In this document: positions 8,969 through 19,640 of the stretch, one piece after another
Layout: each line of letters begins with the position of its first letter
Numbering within the stretch: position 1 is the first letter of the stretch
Position numbers and translations under genes: made by a program
NCBI GenBank assembly: GCA_963701965.1
Contig: OY969695.1
Span: 1,376,001-1,440,000, forward strand
DNA: 64,000 bases
Direction of reading: 5' to 3'
Source of the DNA: an uncultured Gemmatimonadales bacterium
GTDB lineage: Bacteria > Gemmatimonadota > Gemmatimonadetes > Gemmatimonadales > Gemmatimonadaceae
The notes under the pieces: model-generated
What the model was told of the DNA's origin: nothing
What the model saw: only the letters and a program-made list of their open reading frames with translations
Databases searched by the model: none

Positions 8969-11862
8969 CTAGAACGAGAGTCCGAGTCCGACAAAGGGAT
9001 CGAGCACCGGCGCCCCGTAACGTGCCCGGTTCGCGATCGGCGCGGCGAGCCCGAGACGCAACCGGTACGGAACGTCATACTGAAGCGTGGCGTCGAAATT
9101 GAGCTCGCCGCCGACGGACGCCAAGAGCCGCCGTTGCGCATCACCGGGCGAGCACGCCAGCGGCAGCGGGTTCACCGGACACCAGGCCTCGCCCGCATCG
9201 CCAAAGACCGTGAGCGACGTGCGCCCGAGGAACACGGGGAAAAGGTGCCAGCCGCGCGCGGGGACGAACAGGGGCAGCCGGTACTCGAGCGAGCCGACCG
9301 CGGCGCGCGTTCCTTCCTGCGCGTTCGGCGGGTAGCCCCGCACGCTGAACACGCGCGGTTGGTCGCCGACGTTCACTCCCGGCACCACCGCCAGGCCCAG
9401 GCCTGTGAGGCCGCCGGCGCCAAACTCCGCCGTCGCGTTCTCGTCTGCCCAACCCAGCGCGGCGCGCGCCGCGATCACATGGTGCGCGAACCCCGGAAGG
9501 TCGAGCGATTTATAGAGGCTGGTGACGCCGACGACGCTCCGTGAGGCGGCGGCGCTTGGCGTCTGCCACTGCCACTGCTGCTGTCCCGTCACCGAGAGCG
9601 ACACGCCGTCTTCGGGCGAGATGGCGAGGCCGGGGAGTTTCGCGTTCGACCAGGCCACGGTCGTGAACACCGATGGATACGTCGGCGACGAGCGAAACGT
9701 CGACGCCGGCTCCGTGTGATAGTTGCGGTACTGGAGCTCGGTCCCGACCGTCCACGAGAAATTCGTCCGCGCCCGGGGCCGGAGGAGCGTCGCGCTCAGC
9801 GTCGGGGCCAGCGTGTAGTGCACCAGCGTACCGACGATCGTTCCGTTGGCATCCTCAATGGTCTGGTGGGTCCAGTACTCGGACAACCCGACGCCGATCA
9901 CCGGGAGCCCGAAGCCGCCGTACGTGTAGCCGATCGCCGCCTCCGGCTCGCCGATGCGCACGGGATTGACGAGCACCTGCGCCGAGTACGCATGCCGCCC
10001 GACGACGTCGTACGCCAATGTCGACGCCCCCAGCTCGACGTCCCCCTGGTCGGACTGTCCGACGACCGGGGTCCAGTATCGGGGGATGAGGCCACTCCAC
10101 GGCCGGAACCGGCGCGACGGACTGGAGTCCTGGGCAATGGGCGCCATCGCCACGCTGTCCAGCAACGTGTCGCGCGGCGCCGGCACGCCCAGCGTCACAT
10201 CGAACGGGGTCACCGCAATGTGATAGCCGTCGCCCCGATAGGCGGCCACCGCCAGGGTCTTGCCGTCCGGCGAGATGGCCGGCGAGTACACGGCGGCGCC
10301 GGCGGTCCCCAGACGCACGAGCGCCGTGTCCCCGATCGTGGCGACATACAGCTCCGTGCGGCCGGTGCGATCGGACGTGAACACCACGCTCCGGCCATCC
10401 GGCGTCCACACCGGAGAATCCTGAACGGATCGACTGCGCGATAACACCTGCGCGATGGCGCCGGCCGTATCCAGGACGACGACATCCATGTATCCACCGC
10501 GCGTCCAACGGACCGCGGCGATGTGCTGCCCGTCCGGCGACCAGCGCGGCGTCTTCCATTGGGTATCGGGCGACCCTTGGGTGATCGGCACGATGCGGCG
10601 TCCGTCGGCCGAAACGAGCACGAGCCGCGTGCCCAGGGGGACGGCTTGCATCGCGACGATCGCGCTGTCGCCGGTCGGGCGGACGTCGGGCTCAGAAAGG
10701 CGCGCACCATGGGTCAAGCGCCGGTCGTGCCGGTGGTCCGCGCGGTAGAGATCCGACCGCGTATCGTACGGCAATGTGAGTTCCAAGTCGTCGTAGACGA
10801 ACGTGCCCGGGGCCAAGGGATCGTTGAGGGACAAGCCATTGCGCCGGTCGAGCCGGCGCTCGCGGCCGTCGAGCCCCACCGCGTAGAGGCCGGGCACGTC
10901 CCGTGACGTGTTGGCCGAGAACACGACGGTGCTCGAATCGCGCCAGCGCGGAAAGAGCGCCTCATATCCGTCGTGGGTCAGCGGCCGCAGCGCCAAGTGC
11001 GGCTCGGGCGGCGGCGTGCCTTCGTACTGGCGGTCGAGCGAATCCCGGAACTCGGCCCACGCCGCCTCGAACGTCACGCCGAAGGCCTTGCGTGCCGCGT
11101 GGTTGAGAAAGAACGGGATCGGCTGCCCGCTCGACTGCTCGATGAACGCGGGGATGGAGGCCGCCCCGCGCGTTTTCGCGATATACTCGAACAGCAACGA
11201 CCCGTAGGCGTAGGGCCCTTGGCCCTGGGGCCACACCGGCGACGTGAGGTTCACCTCATCGAGTCGCGGCAGGACGGTGTCCCGGGCCGCGGCTTCGGCG
11301 ATCGTCGTGTGCACGGTGCCATTGAGCCGGCCGAATCCGGTGAGTCGCGACTCGTAGTACACCGCCAACCCCTCGGTCAGCCAGGCGGGCGTGTAGAGGT
11401 TGGGCATGAAGAGCGGGTTGCGCCCAAAGATGTCCTGGGCCACGCTCCACCAGCCGCGCGTCCGGTCGAGATGGAAGATGTGGGTCAGCTCGTGCTGGAC
11501 GACGAGCGCGTTCCAGTCGCCGTAGTACCACAACTCCTGCGCGTCGATCGGCGGATGCGCGTACAGCAAATGTGGTTCGTGGGAAACGGCGTGGCCGACC
11601 CGTTCGTGAAGTCGACGTTGTCGGACAGCACGAGGTCGATGCGCCCGCGGGGCGGCGTCAGCTCCCGGGCCAGGGCGGTGTAGGCGCGCTCGGCGTTGAC
11701 GGCGGCGCGCCGCGCCAAGGCCTCCAGCGGCGGCGTGAAGACGACGCGAAAATGCGCCGTGCGAATCTCGCGCCAGTGGTCACCGGGATCGACTTGGGCG
11801 CCAAGTGATCCCGTCACGAGACCGAGCGCGAAGGCCAGTCGCGCGACGCCCCACCGCGTCAC
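8969..11862 (-). CDS. Outer-membrane protein: signal peptide + gluzincin-like peptidase + PD40/TolB-like propeller + Omp85-like barrel (frameshift near 11570)
   Basis: GTG 11862 overlaps amidase stop; HELTH...WLTEGLAVYYES; PRWSPDG/PVWTPDG/PAISPDG repeats; VRGYP..EYRLPL and C-terminal GLGLSF. Confidence 0.8.
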
Positions 11863-13475
11863 TGCTTGGCGAGTGACCGGAAATACGCCTCGAGCCCCTC
11901 GGCGACGCCGAGGGCATACGCGCGTTGAAACTCCGGGGTCCGGAGCGCCGCCTCCTGTTGCGGCACGATGATGAATCCGCCCTCGCACAGGATCGCCGGC
12001 ATCCACGTGGGCCGCGCCAGCGCCAGGTTGTCGTAGAAGATGCCGCGGTCGAATAGCCCCAGGTGGCGCACCATGCCCGCCTGGACGGCGCGGGCCAGCG
12101 GCGCCGACTGCGGCTGATAGAAGTACGTCCCTGTCCCCATCGCGACGAACGGGTTCGCGCCATCGGGCAGCGCGTTGAGATGGATCGAGACCAGCACCGC
12201 GGCGTTGGCCCGGCGCGCCATGATCGGGCGTGCGGTCAGCTCCACGGGATCGGGCGTCGTCCGGGTCATCACCACCGTAGCACCGCGCGCGGTGAGAATC
12301 GAGTCCAGTCGCTGCCCGACGGCCAGCGTGGCGACCGCTTCATAGAGGCCGGTTGGACCAGTGGACCCGATCGGCGGATGCCCCGGGTCGACCGCGATGA
12401 CCTGTCCGCGGAGCGGGTGGGCCGGATCGACCTTCGGGGGCCGGCGGATCCGGAGGACCAGGCGACGACCGACGCTATCCCACACCGCGAGGTACCCGAA
12501 CGGCGGCCGGTTGAGATGGATGATGAGGCGCGCCCGGTCGTTGGTGAGCTGTTCCCAGCCGATGACGCGCACCAGACTGTCGCGGGAGTCATACTGTATG
12601 AGATCGATCGACGCCCGCGTGCCGTAGAGCGTGAGGACGAGATCGTTCCCGCTCTCCTCGACGAGGTAGGGCGGGCGGTCGCCCACGGGGACAATGACGT
12701 CGGCGTAGTCGGGAGAGGCGGTCACGCGGGCGGCGGTGACGATCCAATGTGGCGGGGGCAGGATCGCTGCCCCAAGGTGCGCGTCGCTGGCCGAGACCCA
12801 GGCATCGAGGGACGAGTCCAGGCGGACCCGGATGAATCCTCCGGCGCGCCCGGTGATCTGAAACACCGTGCCCGGAAAAAAGAACCATTTGTAGGTGCCG
12901 CCCGGCGTGGGGCGGGCAATGATCACGCGATCGGTATCGGAGGCCAGGTTGGCGGATCCCATATCCGGCAGGCCGAGAGCCTCGTAAAGTCCACTGTCGG
13001 GAAATGGGGGGCGGGTGGCGACCGTCTCCGCGGTATCCGGCGCGAAGAGGGGCGGGATCCGGACCGGTTGCGTGGCTCTAACCGTATCGTTTCCTTGTAC
13101 GGCGACCAGGTCGTATCGGGCGGTCGCGCTATCGGGCACCCGGAGCCAGGCCAGGAATGCGCCGTTGGGCTCGACGGGAACGGGCACGCTGTTGATGGTG
13201 AGCGTGGCGTCGCCGGTGCCGACCGAGCCGAGGATGAAGTTCGAGTCGCGCACGGCGACGGTCGCGCCGGCATGGGGATACACGACGGTTATGACGGGAC
13301 GGCCGCTGACGTGCGGAATGGGTGGGAGCGGCGGCGGTGTGGTGGCGACGGCCGCCGCAGTGTCCGCCGGCGAGGGGGCGGCGGGAGCAGGGCGGGTGCG
13401 CGGCCCGGGGGCGCTGGTACAGGCTGCCCCGAGGCCCAAGCAGGTCGCCGCGAAGAGGCGGGCGCGGCATGGCAC
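11859..13475 (-). CDS. N-acetylmuramoyl-L-alanine amidase (Amidase_3) lipoprotein
   Basis: Lipobox GAAC; VDPGH, LYE, LVSIHLNA, PAILCEGGF motifs. Confidence 0.9.
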   Translation of the reverse strand: MPCRARLFAATCLGLGAACTSAPGPRTRPAPAAPSPADTAAAVATTPPPLPPIPHVSGRPVITVVYPHAGATVAVRDSNFILGSVGTGDATLTINSVPVPVEPNGAFLAWLRVPDSATARYDLVAVQGNDTVRATQPVRIPPLFAPDTAETVATRPPFPDSGLYEALGLPDMGSANLASDTDRVIIARPTPGGTYKWFFFPGTVFQITGRAGGFIRVRLDSSLDAWVSASDAHLGAAILPPPHWIVTAARVTASPDYADVIVPVGDRPPYLVEESGNDLVLTLYGTRASIDLIQYDSRDSLVRVIGWEQLTNDRARLIIHLNRPPFGYLAVWDSVGRRLVLRIRRPPKVDPAHPLRGQVIAVDPGHPPIGSTGPTGLYEAVATLAVGQRLDSILTARGATVVMTRTTPDPVELTARPIMARRANAAVLVSIHLNALPDGANPFVAMGTGTYFYQPQSAPLARAVQAGMVRHLGLFDRGIFYDNLALARPTWMPAILCEGGFIIVPQQEAALRTPEFQRAYALGVAEGLEAYFRSLAKQ

Positions 13476-13578
13476 GGACGGGAAGGTACCCTTCCCAGCG
13501 CGTCGAGTCGAGGTGACATTCGCTACGCTGGCCTAGTCTATCAACGATCGGTTCCCGGGGGAGTCAGGGAGTGACCGT

Positions 13579-15201
13579 GTGAGCGCCGTGAAGACTTGCC
13601 CGACCTGCGGCACGGAGTACCCGGCGTCCGAGCGCTTCTGTCCGCGCGACGGTGCCGCGTTGCGTTCCGCGGACGCGCAGGCCGACTTGGTCGGTCAGAT
13701 CGTCGCCGAGCGGTATCACGTCCTCCGGAAGCTGGGCGAAGGCGGGATGGGTCAGGTCTATCTCGCTGAGCACGTACGCATGGGGCGCCAGAGCGCGGTC
13801 AAGGTCATGAGCCCGGGATTGGCGCGCGATCCGGATGCGGTGAGCCGCTTCAACCGCGAGGCGGCGAACGCGAGCCGCATCACGCATCCCAACGTCGCCG
13901 CGATTTACGACTTCGGCGAGACGTCCGACGGGCTCATCTACCTGGCGATGGAATTCGTCGAGGGCGAGCCGCTGACGGCGCTGATCAAGTCTCTGGGCTC
14001 CCTGCCGATCGCCCGGGCCGTGGATATCGCGCGACAGACGGCGGACGCGCTCACCGTCGCCCACGAGCTAGGCATCGTGCACCGGGATCTCAAGCCCGAC
14101 AACATCATGATCGCGCGTGGGCGTGAGGGCGCGGATGTGGTGAAGGTCGTCGACTTCGGGATCGCCAAGGCCAACGGCGGAGATTCCCAGAAGGTCACAC
14201 GGACCGGCATGGTCGTGGGGACGCCCGAGTACATGAGCCCCGAGCAGCTGGCCGGGGACAAGCTCGATGGGCGGAGCGACATCTACTCGCTGGGCCTCGT
14301 GACGTTCGTCATGTTGACGGGCAAGCTGCCGTTCCCCAGCGACACGGCGCAGGAGGCGATGCTCATGCGCCTCATGGAAAAGCCCAAGACCCTGGCCGAG
14401 ATGCGGCCGGACGTGGCCTGGACGCCGCAGTTGCAGGCAGTCATGGACAAGGTGCTGGCGCGCGACCAGGCGCAGCGATATGGCATCGCCGCGGAGTTCG
14501 GCGCCGATCTGGTGCGGGTCGCTCAAGGGATCGGCACGCCACCCCGGGCCAGCGCCAGTCCGCTCAAGACCGTTGCCATGGCGGCGCCCCCGACCGTGCC
14601 GGCCACCCGGGTCGTCGCCACGACCGAGGCGCCGAGCGTGCCGCGGCCAAAGGCGGCGCCGTCGCGCGCCGGCCTGTTCGTTGGCATCGCGGCTGCCGTC
14701 GTGATCGCCGCCGGCGGAACGGCCGCGGTGCTCACGCGGGGGCATGCCGCCGTGGTTCCGCCGCCGGCTCATGCCGACAGCGGGGCGGTCGCCATCAAAC
14801 CTCCTCCATCGCAACCACCACCCGCGCCGGTCGACACCGTCGTCCCGGTCAGCAACACCGACCGCCGGGACGCCCACACAAGTCCCCGGCGGACGCCGGC
14901 GCCAGGACCATCGGTCCCGTCGACGAACCCGGCGGGCGACGTGGGCGCGAGCTTGCATCGGTTGCACAGCCTGATTGACGACAATCAGGCGACCGATGCC
15001 CTGGCGCTCGTGGACTCTCTGTACCCGCGGCTCACGACCAACGCGCAGCGGGCCGACGCGCTGTTCTATAAGGCGCAGGCACTCGGTCAAGAGAAGAAAC
15101 AAGATGAGGCCTGCGCCGTATTGAGAGAAGACAGCAGTCTGTACGCGCCCGGAACCGGAATGCGAGAGCCGGTCAACGCCTACTTGAAGGCCTGTCAGTG
15201 A
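13579..15201 (+). CDS. Membrane Hanks-type Ser/Thr protein kinase with N-terminal zinc ribbon
   Basis: CPTC...CPRD; LGEGGMGQVY, AVKV, HRDLKPDN, DFGIA, GTPEYMSPEQ; TM segment then Pro-rich linker and helical C-terminus. Confidence 0.95.
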   Translation: MSAVKTCPTCGTEYPASERFCPRDGAALRSADAQADLVGQIVAERYHVLRKLGEGGMGQVYLAEHVRMGRQSAVKVMSPGLARDPDAVSRFNREAANASRITHPNVAAIYDFGETSDGLIYLAMEFVEGEPLTALIKSLGSLPIARAVDIARQTADALTVAHELGIVHRDLKPDNIMIARGREGADVVKVVDFGIAKANGGDSQKVTRTGMVVGTPEYMSPEQLAGDKLDGRSDIYSLGLVTFVMLTGKLPFPSDTAQEAMLMRLMEKPKTLAEMRPDVAWTPQLQAVMDKVLARDQAQRYGIAAEFGADLVRVAQGIGTPPRASASPLKTVAMAAPPTVPATRVVATTEAPSVPRPKAAPSRAGLFVGIAAAVVIAAGGTAAVLTRGHAAVVPPPAHADSGAVAIKPPPSQPPPAPVDTVVPVSNTDRRDAHTSPRRTPAPGPSVPSTNPAGDVGASLHRLHSLIDDNQATDALALVDSLYPRLTTNAQRADALFYKAQALGQEKKQDEACAVLREDSSLYAPGTGMREPVNAYLKACQ

Positions 15202-16340
15202 GCGCTCCGATCGTCGTGCACGTCTACGGCATCACGGACGTCGGCCGCACGCGCGAGCACAACGAGGACGCGTTCGCCGTCGCCGATCTCACCCTCGGGC
15301 AACCGATGGTGTTCCCTGAGGAGAAGACCCAGGTCCCGGGCAAGCACGGCACGCTGTTCATGGTCGCCGACGGGATGGGCGGGGCGGCGGCCGGCGAGAT
15401 CGCCAGCTCGATGGCCGTCGAGGTGATCCTGTCGGAGCTCCGGCGCCGGTGGACGACGACGGCGGGCGGCGACCCGCAAGTCTTCGCGGTCACGCTCCAC
15501 GACGCCACCGAGGTGGCCAACGCCCGGATTCACGCCTACGCCACCGAGCATCCCGAGAATCGCGGGATGGGGACCACGGCGACCGTCGCCGGCATTCTCG
15601 GCGACACGTTGTACATCGCGCAGGTCGGCGACAGCCGCGCCTATCTCTTCCGCGAGGGCGCCGCGCGGCAGATCACCAAGGACCAGTCGCTGATGCAGCG
15701 CCTGATCGAGGCCGGCGAGATCACTGCCGAAGAAGCCGAGGTGAGCGAGCGCCGCAACATTATCCTCCAGGCGCTGGGCCCGGAGGCCGCGATCAAAGTC
15801 GACGTCACCCACCAACAACTGCGGCGCGGCGACATTCTCGTCCTGTGCAGCGACGGGCTGTCCGGCGTCGTCCGGGACAACGAGATCGCCCGGGTGGCCC
15901 GCGAGTCGCCCGACCTCGTGAGTCTCTGCACGCAGCTGATCGACCTGGCCAACGAGAGCGGCGGTCCGGACAACATCACGGTGGTCGCCGCCCGCTTCGA
16001 CGGCGAGGGACTACTTCCCCCGTCAGCCAGTGACGAAGTCGGACATCAGGCGTTCCAAGTAGGTGAGGACACGCCCGTCACGCCGCACGAAAGCCTGGAC
16101 AGCCTGGCCGCAGGCCAGCTGCCCTCGACGCTGCCATCCCCGATACCGGCCATGAACGCGGACGCGTTGGCCGGCGCCGCGCTGCCGGAGACCGCGGTGA
16201 TGCGCAGCATCCCCCGCCCCGCCACGGCCGATGCCCCGCCGCCCCCGGCCGGCCGCCGGCGCCGGGCCGCCGTCCTCGTGATTGCCGTCGCCGCCATCGC
16301 CGTGTTGGTCTTGGGTCTCGTCGCCTACCTGCGCAAGTAA
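15198..16340 (+). CDS. PP2C-family (Stp1/PrpC-like) Ser/Thr phosphatase with C-terminal TM anchor
   Basis: TDVGRTREHNED, VADGMGG, GMGTT, VGDSRAY, LCSDGL, GGPDNITVV; GTGA overlap with kinase. Confidence 0.95.
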   Translation: MSAPIVVHVYGITDVGRTREHNEDAFAVADLTLGQPMVFPEEKTQVPGKHGTLFMVADGMGGAAAGEIASSMAVEVILSELRRRWTTTAGGDPQVFAVTLHDATEVANARIHAYATEHPENRGMGTTATVAGILGDTLYIAQVGDSRAYLFREGAARQITKDQSLMQRLIEAGEITAEEAEVSERRNIILQALGPEAAIKVDVTHQQLRRGDILVLCSDGLSGVVRDNEIARVARESPDLVSLCTQLIDLANESGGPDNITVVAARFDGEGLLPPSASDEVGHQAFQVGEDTPVTPHESLDSLAAGQLPSTLPSPIPAMNADALAGAALPETAVMRSIPRPATADAPPPPAGRRRRAAVLVIAVAAIAVLVLGLVAYLRK

Positions 16341-16352
16341 GCACGACGCGCG

Positions 16353-17661
16353 ATGCGCATCGTCCTCCGCGTTCTGAGCGGCGCGCGCGCCGGCCATACC
16401 GCGCGGTTCGACCGCGCCCACGTCGCGATCGGTCGGCACCCGACGAGCGACTTTCAGCTGGATCCGGCGAAAGACCGCGATGTGTCGGGCAAGCACGCCG
16501 AGATCATCGCCCGGAACGGCGGATACGCGATCCGCGACGCCGGCAGCACCAATGGCACCTGGGTCAACGGCCAGAAGCTCGAAGGGGAGCGGATCCTGGC
16601 GGCCGGCGACGTGGTCGCCCTCGGCGCCACGGGCCCAAAGCTGGAAATCGCCATCGAACGCGGCAGCCGGTGGACGGCGCGCCGCCTGTGGCGGACCGCC
16701 GGCGGGGTCGCCGGACTGGCGGGATTCGCGATCGGGATCGCCGTCACCTATTCGGCCACGCACCGCGAAGCCAAGAAACGCGAGTCGGCGCTCGATGCCC
16801 TGCTCCGGCGGAGCGACAGCGTGAACGCGGTGCTGTCGGCCGGCATGCGCGACGTCAACGGGCGCGTCTCGGGTTTGGACAGCGCCCTCTCCGCCGCCCG
16901 CGGCGAGAGCGACTCGCTCCGCGCCCACCTGATCGCCACGCGCACGGGCACGAATGGCCAGAGCGCCGCCGTGCACCGGGCCGCGGAACAGCTCCAGCAC
17001 GCCGAGTCCCGCGAGCAACTGTTGGCGACGGCCTCACGGGTCGACTACGCCCGCATCTCGCGGCTCGATGGACCCGCCGTGGTCTTGATCGCGGTGGAGA
17101 TGCCGGATGGTCACGCCTTCACCGGCACCGGGTTCTCCGTGGCCAGCGGCGGCCTCGTGGTCACCAACCGCCATTCTCATGCGCGCCGATGACGGCGCCG
17201 CCGCCCAGCGCGTCCTCGTCATCTTCTCCGATACGAAGCGATGGCTCCCTGCCCACGTCTTGCGCGTGGCCACCGATGCCGATCTCGCTTTTCTCCAGAT
17301 CGACGAACCCGGATCCTATCCGGCCGTGGCCCCGCCGCGGGGCGCCATCGCGCCCCCCGCGGTCGGCGCCCCGACCGCGATCATCGGGTATCCGTTGGGG
17401 ATCGACCTGCCGATGGAGGGCAGCGGCACGGCGATCACCGCGCGCTCGACCCTGGCGGTCGGCACGCTGAGCAAAGTGCTCGATGATGTGATCCAGATCG
17501 ACGCCTACGCCGGCGAGGGGTCGAGCGGCAGTCCGGTGCTGGACCGGAACGGCGCCGTGATCGGCGTGGTCTACGGTGGCGCGCGCGAAAGCGCCGGCCG
17601 GATCGTCTATGCGGTGCCGGCCGGCGTGTTGGCGAACGAGCTCAAGACGTTGGGGACGTGA
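16353..17661 (+). CDS. FHA domain + TM + coiled coil + trypsin-like serine protease (frameshift near 17178)
   Basis: FHA GR..S..H..GSTNGTWVNG; TM; protease triad TNRH / DADLAFL / GSSGSP split across ORFs 16353-17192 and 17107-17661. Confidence 0.85.
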
Positions 17662-17670
17662 TCGGGCCGG

Positions 17671-18087
17671 CTACTGGCCGTTGCTGACCTGCCAGGCGTC
17701 CGTCGCGCCACCGTTGTTGCAGACCCAGGTGCCCTGGCCAAACTTGGGATTCCCCTGGTCCAGAATGCCGGTGAACGTCGCGCCGCCGGTGTTGCCGACG
17801 GGACAGGGCCCCTGCCACGACACATCGCCGAAGCTGTCGGTGACCTGGCCCGTGAAGCCCGCGGGATTGCTGGTCACGACACCGTTGGTGACGACCAGTT
17901 GCGCGGCGTCGGGGAAGTTCTGCTCCGACCCGTTGGCGTTGAGCTGATACGAATAGTCGTACGTGCCATCGAACGCGCCGGCGGAGCCGCCACCCGTGGC
18001 GTCGGTCCCGGGCAGCGACACGCACCCGGTGGCGCCACTCAGCGCCAATGCCAGCGCACAGCCGACAACAGAATCCCCGAGCCTCAC
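17671..18087 (-). CDS. Hypothetical small lipoprotein
   Basis: Hydrophobic signal and ATGC lipobox-like sequence; beta-rich mature part. Confidence 0.65.
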   Translation of the reverse strand: MRLGDSVVGCALALALSGATGCVSLPGTDATGGGSAGAFDGTYDYSYQLNANGSEQNFPDAAQLVVTNGVVTSNPAGFTGQVTDSFGDVSWQGPCPVGNTGGATFTGILDQGNPKFGQGTWVCNNGGATDAWQVSNGQ

Positions 18088-18176
18088 GTTCCACCTCGTC
18101 TTGAGCGATTGTGGTCTTTGGTTTCCCGATCGCTTGACGAGAGATCCCGCGAGGCGTCACGACACCGCGACGCCCC

Positions 18177-19616
18177 TCATCGCATGGCCCGCCCCAACCA
18201 CCGCGCCGCGGCGATCTGCATGGTCCGATCGCCGCCCCACGCCGACACGATGTTCGGCGCCGCCAACGCCATCGCCCACCGCGGGTGGCCGAATTGCACG
18301 ACGATGCTGTCGCGCCCGCCCCGACACGCCGCGACGACCGCGGCCAGCGACGCCTCGGCGTAGCCGACGCGCCCGCGGCCGGCGGCGACGTCCCCGAAGA
18401 CGGCGATGATGAGGGGTCGGGCGCTCCCCGGACCGTCCTCGGCCCCATGGACCGCGATCCCGCTGGCGGCCAGCGTCTCACCGAACGCCGTGCGGGAGAC
18501 CCCGCCGGCGACGTCATCGTCGATGACGAGCAGGTCGACGGCGCCGGGCGCGCGGGGCACCGTGCCCCGCATGACGTGCACGACGCGCTCGGCGAGCTTG
18601 TCCCCCCACGCCAGGTCGGTGAGCGAGGGGCGGCGGTACTCGTTGGGCGGCGACGCCCACTGCGCCCATTTGAGCCGACGACGCAGCGACTGCTGCACGC
18701 GCTCCTCGTCCAGCCGGCGCTCGCGCGCGGCCTGGTCGAGCGCCGTCACGGCCCCGGCGAGATCCTCGGGGTCCAGCACCAGGTCGCACCCGGCGCGCAC
18801 CGCGTCCACGACGGCGTGGCCTTCGCCGCGCGGGTCGCGCACACCCGCCATCGACATGCTGTCGCTGATCACCAGGCCGTCGAACTTGAGCCGATGGCGC
18901 AGCAACCAGTACACGATCTCCCGGGACAGAGTGGCCGCGTACCCGCTGGCATCGAGCGCCGGGTAGGCGACGTGGGCGGTCATGAGGGACGCGACGCCGG
19001 CGCCGATGGCGGCCCGGAACGGCGCCAGGTCGACATCGGTGAGCTCGTCGATCGTCGCGTGCACCACGGGCAGCACGCAGTGCGAGTCCGCCGCCGTCCG
19101 GCCGTGGCCGGGAAAGTGCTTGGCGCACGCCAGCACACCCTCCGACTGGCAGGCGCCAATCCACTCCACCGCGTACTCGCCGGCGCGCACGGGGTCCGAG
19201 CCAAACGCGCGCGAGCCGACGATGGGATTCGTCGGGTCGAGGTCGAGATCGCACACCGGCGCGAAGTCCCAGTTGACGCCCATGGTCCGGGCCTCGCGCG
19301 CGGTGAGCCGCGCGGCGCGGCGTACGGCATCGACTTCGCCCAGCGAGGCGATCGCGGCCAACGGCGGCAGCCCGGTCGCCCCGGCGAACTGCTCGCCGGC
19401 GCCCCGCTCCATGTCGGCGGCAATGAGCAGCGGGATGCGGGACCGCTGGCGCATGTCCTTCGTGAGGGCGCGCACCGCCTCCCGCTCGCCACCCCGCAGA
19501 ATGAATCCGCCGACGCCCAGCGCCAACGCCGCGTCGATGCTCCCGCGCGCGTCGGCGTAGCCGCGGGCGGCATCCCAACGGACACCGGCGATCAGCAGCT
19601 GCGCCAGGGCGCTCAT
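18177..19616 (-). CDS. nagZ: GH3 beta-N-acetylhexosaminidase (NagZ-like)
   Basis: IAADMERG, FAPVCD, KHFPGHGRTAADSH, MTAHV, ISDSM motifs; follows anmK. Confidence 0.85.
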   Translation of the reverse strand: MSALAQLLIAGVRWDAARGYADARGSIDAALALGVGGFILRGGEREAVRALTKDMRQRSRIPLLIAADMERGAGEQFAGATGLPPLAAIASLGEVDAVRRAARLTAREARTMGVNWDFAPVCDLDLDPTNPIVGSRAFGSDPVRAGEYAVEWIGACQSEGVLACAKHFPGHGRTAADSHCVLPVVHATIDELTDVDLAPFRAAIGAGVASLMTAHVAYPALDASGYAATLSREIVYWLLRHRLKFDGLVISDSMSMAGVRDPRGEGHAVVDAVRAGCDLVLDPEDLAGAVTALDQAARERRLDEERVQQSLRRRLKWAQWASPPNEYRRPSLTDLAWGDKLAERVVHVMRGTVPRAPGAVDLLVIDDDVAGGVSRTAFGETLAASGIAVHGAEDGPGSARPLIIAVFGDVAAGRGRVGYAEASLAAVVAACRGGRDSIVVQFGHPRWAMALAAPNIVSAWGGDRTMQIAAARWLGRAMR

Positions 19617-19640
19617 CTCGCGGCCGTCATGCTGAGCGCT

